A DNA stretch of 64,000 bases from Octopus vulgaris. Taxonomy: Eukaryota. Of this stretch, positions 12,311 to 25,566 are shown one piece after another. Under the pieces are notes generated by a model that saw only the letters and a program-made list of their open reading frames with translations, did no database searches and was not told the origin of the DNA. Numbering within the stretch: the stretch's first letter is position 1; the number at the start of each line of letters is the position of its first letter. A program made the translations under genes and the position numbers. The stretch is taken from contig OX597820.1 of assembly GCA_951406725.2 (NCBI GenBank), positions 36,146,001 through 36,210,000 on the forward strand. The letters run 5' to 3'.

Positions 12311-13523
12311 ATGCCTGCATGTGTGTGTCTGTCTGTCATTATTCTGTTTTATTTCAAGATTTCTTGCCAATAGAGAAAGAGTCAGCTTCTAACCTTGATT
12401 CAAGGTTCCTTCATTGGAGTTTCAACACCAACAACATGGTATTTTTGTATGAAAGGTGGCGAGCTGGCAGAAGCGTTAGCACGCTGGGCGAAATGCTTAG
12501 CAGTATTTCGTCTGCCGCTACATTCTGAGTTCAAATTCCTCCGAGGTCGACTTTGCCTTTCATCCTTTTGGGGTCAATTAAATAAGTACCAGTTATGCGC
12601 TGGGGTCGATGTAATCGACTTAATCCATTTGTTTGTCCTTGTTTGTTTTCTCTGTGTTTAGCCCCTTATGGGTAGTAAAGAAATAGGTATTTTTGTATGT
12701 ATATATGTATGTATGTATGTATATGTGCAGTTTTCTATGTTTTGTTTTATGTATGTCTTCTTATGCATATACTTGCATACATAGACATGCTCATATATGT
12801 ATGTGTGTGTGTGGTGTGTGTGTGTATGTGTGCATGTGTCTGTCTGTCTTCTCTTTTTCTTTTTAATTTAGAGTAAACTTTGACTGGTCACTTACTTAGT
12901 AACAAGATTGTGAAGGTGAATATCTTGTTTTAACTGCCATCTTTTAAATGTTGATAAGGTCTTGCAAGCATGCATGGCCTATTCATTAGGGTGTTATACT
13001 CACAGTCTTGAGATTGTGGTTTCCCTTCCTAGAATAGGTGGTGTGTTGTGTTCTTGAGCGAAGCATCTCATCTCACATTACTCTGTAATCACTTTGACAC
13101 CTGATGTGTGATACACTGTGTGCACCTGTCCAGGCAATATTGATTTGATGGAGGGCGTGAGCTAATGTATAGCAGAAACATTTGATTATTATAAACAAAT
13201 GTTTTGTGCAGGCTTTATTCAGTAAGAAATTGCAGAGCCATCTTTCTCAAATTATGAGAAACTACCTTCACATGGGTATATGAATGTATGTATGTATGAA
13301 TGTATGTATGTATATGAATGTGTTTCTGTATTAATGTATGTATAAATATATCTATTTATTTATGTGTCTATGAATGTATTTAGATATATATATGTATCTA
13401 TGCATGTGTATAAATGTATTCTTGTGTGTGTATGGATGTGTGTATGTATATATATATGTATCTGTGTGTGTGAATGTATTAGGGTATGTATGTCTTTTTT
13501 ATCCTTACACCTTTTAATTCCAG

Positions 13524-13733
13524 TGGTGCCTTGGACAAAAGCTTCCCTTGAACCTGCTGTGCAGCCAGCTGTGATTGGGGAAATACTGTTGCTACTTGCA
13601 AATCTACATTATGACTGCGTGCGAACCCATGAGAAGTTGAGACGAGAAATTGACATAACTGAATATATCACATGCCAGATTGATGAAATGGGTGAAAAGA
13701 AGCTGAAAACTATAGCTGCTGCTGTCCAAATGG
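13524..13733 (+). CDS. CCDC178: CCDC178-like exon 2
   Basis: ttccag|...|gtaac. VIGEILLLLANLHYDCVRTHEKLRRE...IDEMGEKKLKTIAAAVQM resembles the recalled CCDC178 LETDR...ID..LPLAVQKE segment. Phase 1/1. Confidence 0.8.
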
Positions 13734-13817
13734 GTAACAGCTTTTGTTGTCATTAGAGAGTGTTGATGATGACAGGGATGAAGGTTATGTTTGTATGATG
13801 ATGACAATTATATAGTA

Positions 13818-14383
13818 TTGGGTTGTCCGGAAAGTTTGTGTCGATTTTTAAAGGAAAGAAAAAGGTCAATAAATACTTGCCATTACATTTTTAATCAACC
13901 AAATATGAACCATTTTGTTGCACAATGCGTCTCCATCTTTCCTTTAACTTGAAAATACCCTCTTCCCAGATTTGAGGTGGTTTCATGGCAAAGAATTCAT
14001 CAAGATATCTTTTTACGTCATCCAAGGAATTGAAATTTTTACCATTAAGACTATTCAGCAGAGACCTGAATAAGTGGAAATCTGAAGGAGCAATATCTGG
14101 TGAATGTGGAGGGTGGGGTAACACATCCCAGCCGAGCTGCAGCAATTTTTGTCTGGTTCCCAAAGCATCAAGTGCCGAAAATGAACTTTCTTATCTTCCA
14201 TTTTAAAGGGTTACAGAATTAACACAGGTTATAGGAACATAAACCTTCTTCCATGAAAAGATAACTTAAACTGTGCTCTAAATGGAGGTGTAGTCAAATC
14301 CTATTTTATGGACTTGACCATGTTCTAAAATAAGTCAAAAGGTAAGCTACTATAAATTGGCACAAACTTTCTGGACAACCCAA
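13818..14383 (-). mobile_element. Internally deleted mariner (same family as 57227-58491)
   Basis: TA-flanked TIRs ttgggttgtccggaaagtttgtg / cacaaactttctggacaacccaa. The transposase start is fused to the C-terminus (PHPPHSPDIAPSDFHLF). Confidence 0.93.
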
Positions 14384-14429
14384 TAGAAGTGTTTTGTTTT
14401 CTTATACTTCATTACTCTTGTCTTGTCCA

Positions 14430-16170
14430 GTCAATGATTGTTATGTTACAGCATTTCTATTTCACACTTCTGTATTACATTGCATGTGTTACACTGCTCC
14501 TAAGTTACACTACTTCTATGCTACTCTTCATCTATGCTACACTAGTTCTATGTTACATTGCCCCTATATTATACTACTGTTACACTGTTCCTATGTCACA
14601 TTACTTTGATGTTGCACTACTTCTGTGTTGCATTGCTCCTGTTACACTGCTCTTTTGTTATACAGCTTCTATGTTACATTACTTCTCTGTTACATTCATT
14701 CTATATTACATTACTTCCATGTTACATTACTTCTGTTATTTTACAAGAGTGGGCTGAAAAGTTTATAGGCCAACTATGAAGGAGTGATGCTAGAGCTGTG
14801 AAATCTTGCATACATTAATTTCAACACTTATTAATTACTGCATTGTTTCTTTCCAAATAAATTCACGTCTGACTGTTCAAAGAAGACTTAAAAAGTTACT
14901 AGTAGTGACTTCTGTTGAAAATCAACAAAATTTGGCATCATGGTGTTATCAAGTACCTGCAGAAAAAAGATTCTAACCCCCAAGGATGTTTATGCTGACA
15001 TGGTTGCTACATTAGGGGATGATGCTCCAATTTTATCAACAGTACAGAAGTGGGCAGCTGAATTTAAGAGGGGAAGGAGAGTCTTAATGATGACCCAAGG
15101 TCTGGATGTCCTGAAACTGCCATCACCAACAAAAACATTGATTGTGTCCACCACATGGTGATGGATGACAGGCACTTGACTATAAATCAAATAGTCAATG
15201 CTATTAACACATCCTGTGAGAGAGTTGAGAATATTCTGCACAATGAACTTGGCATGACAAAAGTTTCTGCTCAGTGGGTGCCATATCTTCTGACACCTGA
15301 CCAAAACAGCACCAGGCTGATCATATCACGGGAAAATCTGACATTGTTTGAGGCGGATCCAGCTGATTTCTTTGAATATTTCATAACCAAGGATGAGTGT
15401 TGGGTTTATCAGTTTGAGCCAGAGACAAAGTGACAATTGATGCAGTGGAAATACCCCTCCTCACATACTCTAAAGAAGGCCAAGATTGTTTCATCTGCAG
15501 GAAAGATGATGCCATCAGTTTTTTGGAATGCTAAAAGCATTGCATTTATTGACTATCTTCAAATGGGCCATACCATCAATGGAGAGTACTATGCCAACCT
15601 GCTGAGGCAGTTACAAAAGGCTATCAAGACCAAATGGCCACAAAAACTGACAAAAGGAGTCATGTTTCATCAGGACAGTGTTCCAGCACACAAGTCCTTA
15701 GTTTCAATGGCTGCTGTGCATGGATTTGACTTTGAACTGGTTGATCACCATCCTGTTCTCCTGATTTGGCCATATCTAACTATCATCTGTTCCTCAACAT
15801 GAAAAGCACTTGGCTTGGAACCAGTATCGCAGTGATGATGATGATGCAATATCTGCTGTTGATGACTTTTATGAGCAACAGGATGAAAGCTTCTTCATCA
15901 ATGGAAGAAGTGTGTGTACAACAGGGTGGACTATATTGAAAGCTAAACCTCACTTGGTCATATTCCGTGAGAGTATCTTTGTTGAGCCTGTGAACCTTTT
16001 AGCTAACCCTCATACACTACAACTATGATAATCTGTTCCTATGTTACACTACTAACACGTTACATTACTTCTGCTCTAATGTTACACTGCTTCTATGTTA
16101 CACTGCTTCTGTGATACACTACTTCTGTGTTATGTTATTTTGATACCAGCCACTCTTTTGTGTTACATTC
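14430..16170. repeat. Degenerate ~16-bp minisatellite (gttacactgcttctgt-like) split by a mariner insertion
   Basis: The same unit occurs at ~14430-14740 and ~16020-16170. Confidence 0.7.
14744..16012 (+). mobile_element. Full-length degenerate mariner of a second family (irritans-like)
   Basis: TA-flanked imperfect TIRs. Motifs STVQKWAAEFKRGR, SAQWVPYLLT, ITKDECWV, FHQDSVPAH, with frameshifts. Confidence 0.9.
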
Positions 16171-16518
16171 CCTTATTACAACACTTGTGAAAATATCCAA
16201 ATAACATCAATACAGTAAAATCACAAGATAATTCTCCCTTCCACTTTCACAAACATTCAGATTTTAGTATCAACCTGGACCCTGCCACCTTTCATCATCT
16301 TTCCTGACTTACAAACCACAGATCCCGTTCACACATTTACCAACTAATTGACAAAAATTCGCCACAGCCACCATCACCATTGCCAACACTGCTAACACAT
16401 GACCACCAGCACCAGCACCATTAACACTATGTCACATGACCAAACCACCAACTTATGCAAAATAATAGTAGTTTACTGCCATCTTAGTTTAATATCTTTT
16501 TGTTGTTGTTGTTGTTAG

Positions 16519-16669
16519 AGCATAATAAATTCCGACAGAAGAACCTTCCATGCTTTATGAAAAATCAAAACTTGCAACGTATATATGGGAATTGCCAGAA
16601 GAAGATGAATATCGCGCAAAACTACAACAAGCTCCTTAACGAAGACATTGAATACTCTACAGCACAATT
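16519..16669 (+). CDS. CCDC178: CCDC178-like exon 3
   Basis: ttag|ag cat...caa tt|gttagt. EHNKFRQ...NKLLNEDIEYSTAQL. Phase 1/2. Confidence 0.78.
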
Positions 16670-18018
16670 GTTAGTGCACTTTCATGTTACCTGTTGTTGA
16701 TGTTGTTGTTGTTGTTCAGCCCTTATTTCTGTTCAAGCAAGCCTATTATTAAAGATGTTCTGGCCCTGACCATACTACTTTATTTATAGACAGGCACATA
16801 GCCTTGTGGTTAGAGTTTTGGGGGTTCATAGTCATAAGGTTGTGGGTTTAATTCCTGGAGCAGGTGGCACTTTGTGCCATACTATGGAGTGAGACACTTC
16901 GTTTCACACTGCTTTAGGCTACTCAGGTGAAAATTAGTAGCAGCCAGTTGGTAGTGCAGCCTTTTCTCTCTCCATTTAACATGTCCTTGATATTTCATTG
17001 AGTCAAGGATGGTGAAGTAGAGAGGATGTCTAGGCTGTGTCTGCTTGCAGCTACATAGGCATCTAAAACAATTAGGGAAAACATATTCTACTCACTTGAT
17101 GGAATTAAGAAGTAATTAATAGTTTGGTTATAATCTCACATTAACTTGCAAAATTAGATGGAAATAAAATTTTACAAAAAATTCAAATTACGATGAACGT
17201 AAACAAGCAAACGAAGTTTGCTTTCGAAGCATTGAGATGTTTTAGAAAGTTAAAGAAGTTAAAGGAGGCAGTGAGCTGGTAGAAACATTAGCACGCTGGG
17301 CGAAATGCTTAGCAGTATTTCGTCAGCTGTTACATTCCAAGTTCAAATTCCACCGAGGTCGACTTTGCCTTTCATCCTTTCGGGAAGGCGGAGAGCTGGC
17401 AAAACCATTAGAACACCGTGCAAAATGCATAGCGGTATTTTGTCTGCCGTTATGTTCCGAGTTCAAATTTCCGCTGAGGTTGACTTTGCCTTTCATCCTT
17501 TCAGGGTCAATTAAATGAGTACCAGTTACACACTGGGGTCGATATAATTGACTTGATCCATTTGTCTGTCCTTGTTTGTCCCCTCTGTGTGTAGCCCCTT
17601 GTGGGCAGTAAAGAAATAAGATAGTTAAAGAAGTGATTTTAAATTCTCAAACACAAGATAATGCTAATAATATAGCCTGAACAGAATATCAGTTGTAAAT
17701 TCTTTTCATCAAAGAGTAAAATAATGAAGATTACTGAATTGGTGTACTCTACCGGCCTAAGATGTCTTAGGAAACTAGAAAAAAAAAGCACTGCAGTCCT
17801 TGTTTTATAGGGTTTTATTTATCTAGCAGTATTAATCAATCTATTTGAGTCTGGTGCATTGCTGTGGCTAATCTCATTTCTCTGTTTAAATTCCTCTAGT
17901 GAAATTTGAAAATGAATAAATTGCCCCTTATCAAGTCTATATTTATTATTATTTCAGCTACATCTTTGTACAGTTGCAGCCACTGTACCAATAATGCAAG
18001 TGTTTGTTTATTTGACAG

Positions 18019-18088
18019 ACCATTGGTGGAAGAGAAAATGAAGTTAGAGAAAATTAATATTGACAGAATCGTTGCTGCTTTCAACGAG
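18019..18088 (+). CDS. CCDC178: CCDC178-like exon 4
   Basis: tgacag|a cca...gag|gtaag. PLVEEKMKLEKINIDRIVAAFNE. Phase 2/0. Confidence 0.8.
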
Positions 18089-18144
18089 GTAAGATACATC
18101 CTATTCTCTCTCTCTCTTTCTTTCTCTCTCTCTCTTTCTTTCTT

Positions 18145-18176
<32 letters not shown>

Positions 18177-18224
18177 ACATACACACATGCACATACACAT
18201 TCACATGTGTGTGTACATTTACTG

Positions 18225-18264
<40 letters not shown>

Positions 18265-18267
<3 letters not shown>

Positions 18268-19212
18268 GCTTGTTGCATTAATAATGCCATCAGTTTTGCT
18301 AGTCGAATAAGCAAAGGCTTTTCTAACCAGCAAACTATGAAACAGTGTGGTTGTGTGGATGCTTTCACTGAAGCTTTGAAAATCTTTCTACAAGGTTTCA
18401 AATGTCCTGTACAGAGACAACTTATACGGTCTGGTGTAAGGCAATACCTACATCGAATGGTGGTTTGTTTGGAGGAAGAAATTTTCCCTTTTATTCCTGT
18501 TATTCTTGAAAATCTGCTGCAACAGCCTGATGCCAAAGAACTCCATGATTTCATTCCACTAATGACACAACTCATCATGAAGTTCAAAAAAACAATTAGT
18601 CCATTCCTCAGGGAGATGTTCTGCCCTTTTGTACAAACCATATACAGAGTTTTATCAATTCCCCAAGATGAGTATGATCAGGTGACAGCTAATGAGAAGA
18701 GATTACTTCAGAAGAGTTATTTCCAGTTTCTGGCCTGTATTGTCAGCAACAATGTTCATGAAGTCATACAAGATCAAGAAGCTGCAAACTTCCATCAGGT
18801 TTTAATGACCATTGTTGAAGGGGCTTGCAATAATCCTGATCCCCAGATTCAAAAAATCTGTTTTGGAATTTTAAAACGGCTGATTGAAGTATGGTGTGGT
18901 GAGAACGGACTGGTTGGATTTGAGGAATTTGTTTATCAAAGTGTTGTACCTGCTTGTATTTTAACTCCTATGAAACCAGCCTTTGATTTGAATGATGCTC
19001 AAACTGTTATTGCTTTGGGAGAGAGTGCACAGTGTTTGAAATGTATTCTTGATAAAAGGGGTGATGAAGTCATTAACTATTTACAGAATGAATATTTTCC
19101 AAAACTTCAACTTTCCCCAGATCTGACACAACAATTCTGCCAGGCCTATGTGATGGACATAAAATCTTTTAAACATTTTTTAAAGACTTTCTTCTCATCT
19201 CTAAAGTCTTGA
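18265..19212 (+). pseudogene. XPOT: Exportin-T C-terminal ~315 aa; intronless, 5'-truncated, frame open (probable retrocopy)
   Basis: FASRISKGFSNQQTMKQCGC, RSGVRQYLHRMVVCLEEE, PDPQIQKICFGILKRLIEVW and FDLNDAQTVIALGE match recalled exportin-T. Homology starts directly after (TAT)n with no ATG or acceptor there, and no other XPOT exons were seen in the window. Confidence 0.9.
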
Positions 19213-19981
19213 CAACAGTGGCACTGTAACAGTCAGCGGTATTCTGTTCGGCACAAGCTGATGTGGCAGTTTGAAACTTCAGCTGCAGGCTAGGCAAGTT
19301 TGCGAACCTGGTAGAGGTGTCCTCAATGCTTGGTAGCGTGCCCTGTATCCTGTGCTGTTAGATGGTTGGTTAACCAACAGGCTTCCTGAGCCCTGCTCCT
19401 CCATGCTAGTGCAAGCTACAGTGACGTCTACAAGTTGACTAGCATCAATCACTACTCTTGTTACATACTGCTTCTTTTATATTATTTATTTGTTTTATTT
19501 ATTGTATTTTTAATATTTTTTTTTTTTTTAGCTTTATTTATTTGTTTTTATTTATATATTTTTTTTTTTTTGCTTCTTGCAAAATTGTGAGAGATTTTTA
19601 AGTTTTAAGGAAATCTTTTATGAGATTTGAAAAGATTTATTAAAAACCAGAAGGGTCGGTTGAGAAAACATTAAACCACTTTAAAAAAAAAACTTCCTTT
19701 TTAATAGGAAATAGAAGTACATTACTAGTCCTTTGTTACTTAAGAAACAAACTCGTCAATTTAATAAGACGTAAATTTTAATGAAAAGAAATCAAACTGA
19801 AGAGACCTTTCAGTACTTTTTACTTTGTTCTTTTTAGGTAGGTTGGGTGGGAATCTGTTTTAGAGGAATATAGGGCCTCAAATGATGAGGGACCTACAAT
19901 TAGCAGAGAATCACTCTTTTATTTCAGAATGGTAAATGCAAATCAAAAATAGTTTTTTTTTTTCTCATTATCAATGTTATT

Positions 19982-20160
19982 CCAAGATGGTGAGCTGGCA
20001 AAATATTTGGCAGTATTTCGCCCATCTTTATGTTCTAAGTTCAAATTGTCATCCTTTTTAGGTTGATAAAATAAGTACCAGTTAACCACTGGGGGGGGGT
20101 GATGTAATTCACTTGTTCTCCCCCCACTAAAATTGCTGGTTTTGTGCCAAAATTTGAAAC
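19982..20160 (+). mobile_element. SINE inserted in the presumed XPOT 3' UTR, 10-bp TSD
   Basis: caatgttatt at 19972-19981 and 20161-20170 flank a SINE copy. Confidence 0.8.
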
Positions 20161-21119
20161 CAATGTTATTTTAATTCATACAATTTTTTTTTAGTTTAAA
20201 AATTCATTTTTTCCTTCTAAAAGCCAGACAGTTTTTAGAATGATGAAAGTTTTAAAAAGCTAAACCTGACATTTTTCTTTCATTAAAGAGTGAAAATAAG
20301 TGTTTCTGCTAACTTCCCAGACTTCTCTTTTATTTTGTAATTAGATAAAAGAAATTTTTTTCTTAAATTACAATTTTTAGATGTGAAATGGAAAGATTCC
20401 TCCAAAAAGTAATAAAATAAAAGAATCCCTTAACTGTACTGTTTTAGGTATGCTACTTATTTTGGCTATTCTAAAAGTCTTTTACATAAAAGAAAGATTT
20501 AGATTTCTTTTTGGTTTTATTGGAAAAAGATTCTTTGGTGATAATTATTTTGAATACAGACTTTCAATATGTGAAAGTTTATCTCATCAGAAGTGGGGTG
20601 GGGGGCTTAAGGTTTATGGTTTTCACTTTTGAGTTTACATTCTGCCAGTATCAACTTGGATTTTCTTGTGAGTTGATAAAATAGGTTAGGCTTCTAAGTT
20701 CTTGTTAAGCTTTTAGTCCTTTGTGACTGGAAGGGCCGTTATATCATGTTTCTGGGAAAGTTAAGTTTTTTTTTTTCCTTTGTCTGATAATTACTTGGTT
20801 AGAGTGATATACATATGTATGAATTCACATTTACATACACACACACACACACACACATATACATACGCACACACACATATACATACACATAGACACACAC
20901 ATACATACATGTGTGTGTGTAGATATATACATACGTGTACATATATACGCACATTTACATACATGCAAATAGTATATACATGCATACATATATATGCATT
21001 TACATACAGTTACATGCATATATCATCATTTAATGCCCGTTGTCCATGCTGGCATGGGTTGGACGGTTTGACCAGACCTGGTCGAACTGTTCAGCCCAAG
21101 CCAGCATGGGTTAAATGAT

Positions 21120-21176
<57 letters not shown>

Positions 21177-21177
21177 C

Positions 21178-22040
21178 GTCGTCATCATCATCGTCGTTTA
21201 ACGTCCGTTCTCCATGCTAGCATGGGTTGGACGGTTCGACCGGGGTTCTGGGAAGCCAGAAGGCTGCACCAGGCTCCAGTCTAAATTTGGCAATGTTTCT
21301 ACAGCTGGATGCCCTTCCTAACGCCAACCACTCCGTGAGTGTAGTGGGTGCTTTTTACGTGCCACCTGCACAGGTGCCAGGCGGGGCTGGCAACGGCCAC
21401 GGTCAGATTGGTGTATTTTATGTGCCACCGGCACGGAAGCCAGTCGAGGCGGTGCTGGCATCGGCCACGAGTCGGATAGTGCTTTTTACGTACCACCAGA
21501 CCAGGGATCCTGGCTGGTTCAATTCGATTTCGATTTCGCTTGCCCCAACATGTCTTCACAAGCAAAGGGGGTTGGCAAGGGTGCCTGTCGTACGGTCGCA
21601 TTGGAGTATTTTACGTGCCACGGCCACGAGTCGGATAGTGCTTTTTACGTACCATCAGACCAGGGATCCTGGCTGGTTCAATTCGATTTCGATTTCGCTT
21701 GCCCCAACATGTCTTCACAAGCAAAGGGGGTTGGCATGGGTGCCTGTCGTACGGTCGCATTGGAGTATTTTACGTGCCACGGCCACGAGTCGGATAGTGC
21801 TTTTTACGTACCACCAGGCCAGGGATCCTGGCTGGTTCAATTCGGTTTCGATTTCGATTTCGCTTGCCCCAACATGTCTTCGCAAGCATGGGGGGTTGGC
21901 ATGGGTGTCTGTCGTCGGATGAGGTTCTATATCGACTTCGCTTGCCTCAACCGGTCTTTGTGTCCAAGGGAGGAAAGGCATTCATAAGTGGGCTGGGCTC
22001 ACTTGTCCTGCCTGGTCTTCTCACGTACAGAATATTTCCA
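21178..22040 (-). mobile_element. 3' end of the same RTE LINE family as 4452-6437, with an internal ~160-bp unit in three tandem copies
   Basis: The reverse strand encodes WKYSVREKTRQDK*. The unit cggccacgagtcggatagtgctttttacg recurs at ~21462, 21621 and 21780. Confidence 0.88.
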
Positions 22041-22489
22041 AAATATATATATATATATATAAAGGGTGATAAGCTGGTAGAAACGTTAGCACGCCGGGCG
22101 AAGTGCTTAGCTGTATTTCGTCTGCCGTTACGTTCTGAGTTCAAATTCCGCTGAGGTCGACTTTGCCTTTCATCCTTTCAGGGTCGATAAATTAAGTACC
22201 AGTTATGCACTGGGGTCGATGTGATAGACTTAATCCGTTTGTCTGTCTTTGGCCCCTTGCGGGTAGTAAAGAAATATATATATATCACATAAAATCACCC
22301 ACTACACTCTCGGAGTGGTTGGCGTTAGGAAGGGCATCCAGCTGTAGAAACACTGCCAGATCTGACTGGACTGGTGCAGCTTTCGGGCTCCCCAGACCCC
22401 AGTTGAACCGTCCAACCCATGCTAGCATGGAAAGCGGACGTTAAATGATGATGATGATGATTATTATTATTATCGTTGTTGTTGTTATT

Positions 22490-22940
22490 GAAGCTCCAGC
22501 GTTTGGCGATGGACTTGGTAAACACCCACAAAGTTATCAACCACCTCACCAACAACAACACTGAACACCTTTTTGATCTCCATGTGTCCAACATACGTGG
22601 ACATGCCTACAAAGTCAGAAAACAGCACAGCTCTCATGACTTTCAGAAACATTTTTTCATGCTCAGAATTGCTGAAGCATGGAACAAACTGCCTGTGTCA
22701 GTTGTTGACTGCCATGACACTGCATCCTTTAAGGCCCTCATGCTTTCCGAAATCCGCCGAAACTACACCTGATTGTCCCCCTTCCATACTCATACACTTA
22801 TGTGTATGTCATGACTCATGCACTGTTCTTTTCCTGACGCTTGTACATTACCCTATGTACTATACATACACTTTAGATGAGTTGTAGTGCACCTGAACAC
22901 TGTACACAATGTTTTATTATTATTATTATTATTATTATTG
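22490..22940 (+). mobile_element. CR1-clade LINE 3' end with (ATT)n tail
   Basis: RGHAYKVRKQ...KHFFMLRIAEAWNKLP. A sister copy lies at 49830-50316(-). Confidence 0.88.
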
Positions 22941-22954
22941 TTGTTGTTGTTATT

Positions 22955-24415
22955 ATTCTTTCATAACACAGTGTAGGTAAAATGCACCAGAGTCTTTAGT
23001 TATTTGTCAAGTCACAACAAGGACCTCAGACAGATAATATTTTCCTTAACCCTTTCGTTACCAAACTGCCCAAAGCCGCCCCAAAAAAATTTTGGTTAAT
23101 GTGACCAAACCGCCCAAAGCCGCCCGTATTTACCTATTCATATTTAAATGAGAATATCAGAGCAAATCTCTTTAGTACATTTGTGAAAACATGTGATTAT
23201 ACTTCGTAAACAGTTCATCTATAGTTTTGTACAACGATCGACATGTAATTTCAATTCCCTGAATTTTGGGAGATTTTTTTCCACATTTTTTTCGGCATCG
23301 ATTTTTCTTCAACTTTGAAAATGGATAGGAGTTTCATGTTATCAAGCATTGATTCCGAATTGGAAAATTTGTGAAGCAAATATTGGGTACTGTTGTGGAT
23401 TTAGTTTTTATACAGGGAAACTAATGTTAGTCAGCATGGCTTCAGGTATGATGTGGTCTGGAAGTTATTGTTTGAAGCGATCAATGCGGAAACAAACTTA
23501 CACAGAATGTAAACAAACACAAAATGGGGGTTCAAATTTCGGAAAATTTGTGAAGCAAATACTGGGTACTGCGTGGATTTAGTTTTTATACAGGGAAAAT
23601 AATGTTAGTCAGCATGGCCTAGGGAACGATGTGGTCTGCAATTTATCACTTCCATACCATAACCAGGGCCGTATATTATTTTTTGACCGATTTCTTTAGT
23701 TCGGTCAAACTTGCGGTGGATTCCAGTATTTCAGTTTATTCCACCTTTATGGTACACCTGTTGTGCATTAAATTCAACTGATGATATAGTGATGTGCACA
23801 ATTCTTCTTTATCAAAATTTTGTTGCATACCCATTTGAATATTAGCTGATGATTCATTTTCTATGGTGATGTTTAAACAAAATTTTAATATTTTTACCTT
23901 TTGCTCAATTTAAAATTTTAATATTTTTAGCTTTTGCTCAATTTACCTGGATTTACCTGTAATTAAAGTCACTTTGAGACAAAAGTTATGCAATAGAATT
24001 GATTAAGAACCCTTTCTTTAATTATGTTCCAAATATCACATTAATATATGTTGATAAGTAAAAAAGTTACAGTTATTTAATGAAACAAGCCTAGATTCAT
24101 GATTATTTTAGAATTTAATTGAAACTCATGAGGGGTGTATTTTGGTCAGAAATATAGTAATGAAAGGGTTAAGATTTGCGCTGTGCCCAATAAGGCTGCT
24201 TTTTGCAAAACATCAATCTTGCATGGGATTTCAATTGCCTTAAGAAGTCTTGAGTTTCAATGCGATTGAGCCTAAAGCTCCGATCACCACTGGTATCACT
24301 TTTACGTTACTCTTTCACTTTCCATACAGTCTTGCCATTTCTACTTTCAATTCGGAGTACTTGGGGATTTTTTTAACCTCTTTACTCACAACATTCATGT
24401 CATTTGGTATGGCTA
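22955..24415 (-). mobile_element. R4/Dong 3'-end fragment interrupted by a piggyBac-like MITE
   Basis: VIPVVIGALG...LQKAALLGTAQI|LRKILSV* is restored on removing 23050-24168 and one TTAA. Confidence 0.8.
23050..24168. mobile_element. Non-autonomous piggyBac-like element
   Basis: TTAA|CCCTTTCGTTAC ... GTAATGAAAGGG|TTAA, with internal direct duplications. Confidence 0.9.
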
Positions 24416-24449
24416 CAATAATAATAATGGATGTAGCCATTATTATTAT

Positions 24450-25020
24450 TACTGAGTGAGAGAGCAGTGCATGTCATCAAAGTGACACTGGGGTAAAATA
24501 TGCAAAGCCCAGTATACCTATCATGACTACCCGTCTGAGAAGGGTACACTAAGCACATACATCAGAACCATGTGTGCGTGACATGGTGATCTCATAGCAA
24601 GATAAACTGCACATGACCTTGCAGTAGGGGACCCAGTTAGAATTTTCTTCTGATCGAGTAACCCATTCCGCTCAAAAGGTCCCTGAATAAGGGTTGTTTA
24701 AGGATGTTGAACGAAACACCCATATTTCCAGAGGTGAATTATTCAAACCCCAAAGAATCCCTCTCAACACATGGCTATGATGCTCCCCCACTACTTCTGC
24801 TCGTGATCAGAGATGCACTGCACATATCATCAGCTACTAAGGGACATGCTCAGCTGGTTAAGGTCAAACAACTGACATGCAAATCTGTGGTATTGAGCAG
24901 AATATTTGCTGTAGCCCATCTTTTATACCAAGCCAAAACAAAGTACATGATAACACTTCCAATCAGTTAAGATCAGAAGCCACGAAAGCCACTGCTTGGT
25001 ACTGCATCAGGGCATTTATT
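24450..25020 (-). mobile_element. ~570-bp non-coding interspersed repeat with an (AAT)n end; second copy ~27188-27710
   Basis: The two copies are co-linear (gtgagagagcag...gtgacactggg...gatcagaagcca) and both abut ATT tracts. Confidence 0.75.
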
Positions 25021-25504
25021 ACTGCCGCCGCCGCCGCCACCACCACCACCATCATCATCATCATCAAGACAGCGAGCTGGCAGAATCATTAGCATACTGG
25101 ATGAAATGCTTAGTAGTATTTCGCCCATCACTACATTCTGAGTTCAAATTCTGCCGAGGTTGACTTTGCCTTTCATCCTTTTGGGGTCAATAAAATTAGT
25201 ACCAGTTAAGTGCTAGGTTCGATGTAATCGACTAGCTTCCTTCCTCCAAAATTTTCAAAGCTTTGTGCCTTGAGTAAAAATTATAATAATTATTTTCATT
25301 AAGGTGGCAAGCTGGCAGAATCGTTAGCAGGCTGGGCAAAATGCTTAGCGGTATTTCGTCTGCTGCTACATTCTAAGTTCAAATTCTTCTGAGGCCGACT
25401 TAGCTTTTCATCCTTTCGTAATCAATAAATTGAAACACTGGGGATGATGTAATCAACTAGTCTCCTCTGCTCAAATTTCAGGCTTTGTGCCTTTAGTAGA
25501 AAAG

Positions 25505-25566
<62 letters not shown>

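Noticed and set aside
18187-18264. ATG at 18187 as the start of the 341-aa XPOT ORF
   Set aside because: The first 26 codons are CA/TAT microsatellite with no XPOT similarity, so the Met is fortuitous.
21227-21987. 231-aa ORF with three internal repeats; also considered as CRISPR-like
   Set aside because: It is antisense to the tandemly repeated 3' UTR of an RTE LINE. There are no unique spacers and no cas genes, and the context is eukaryotic.
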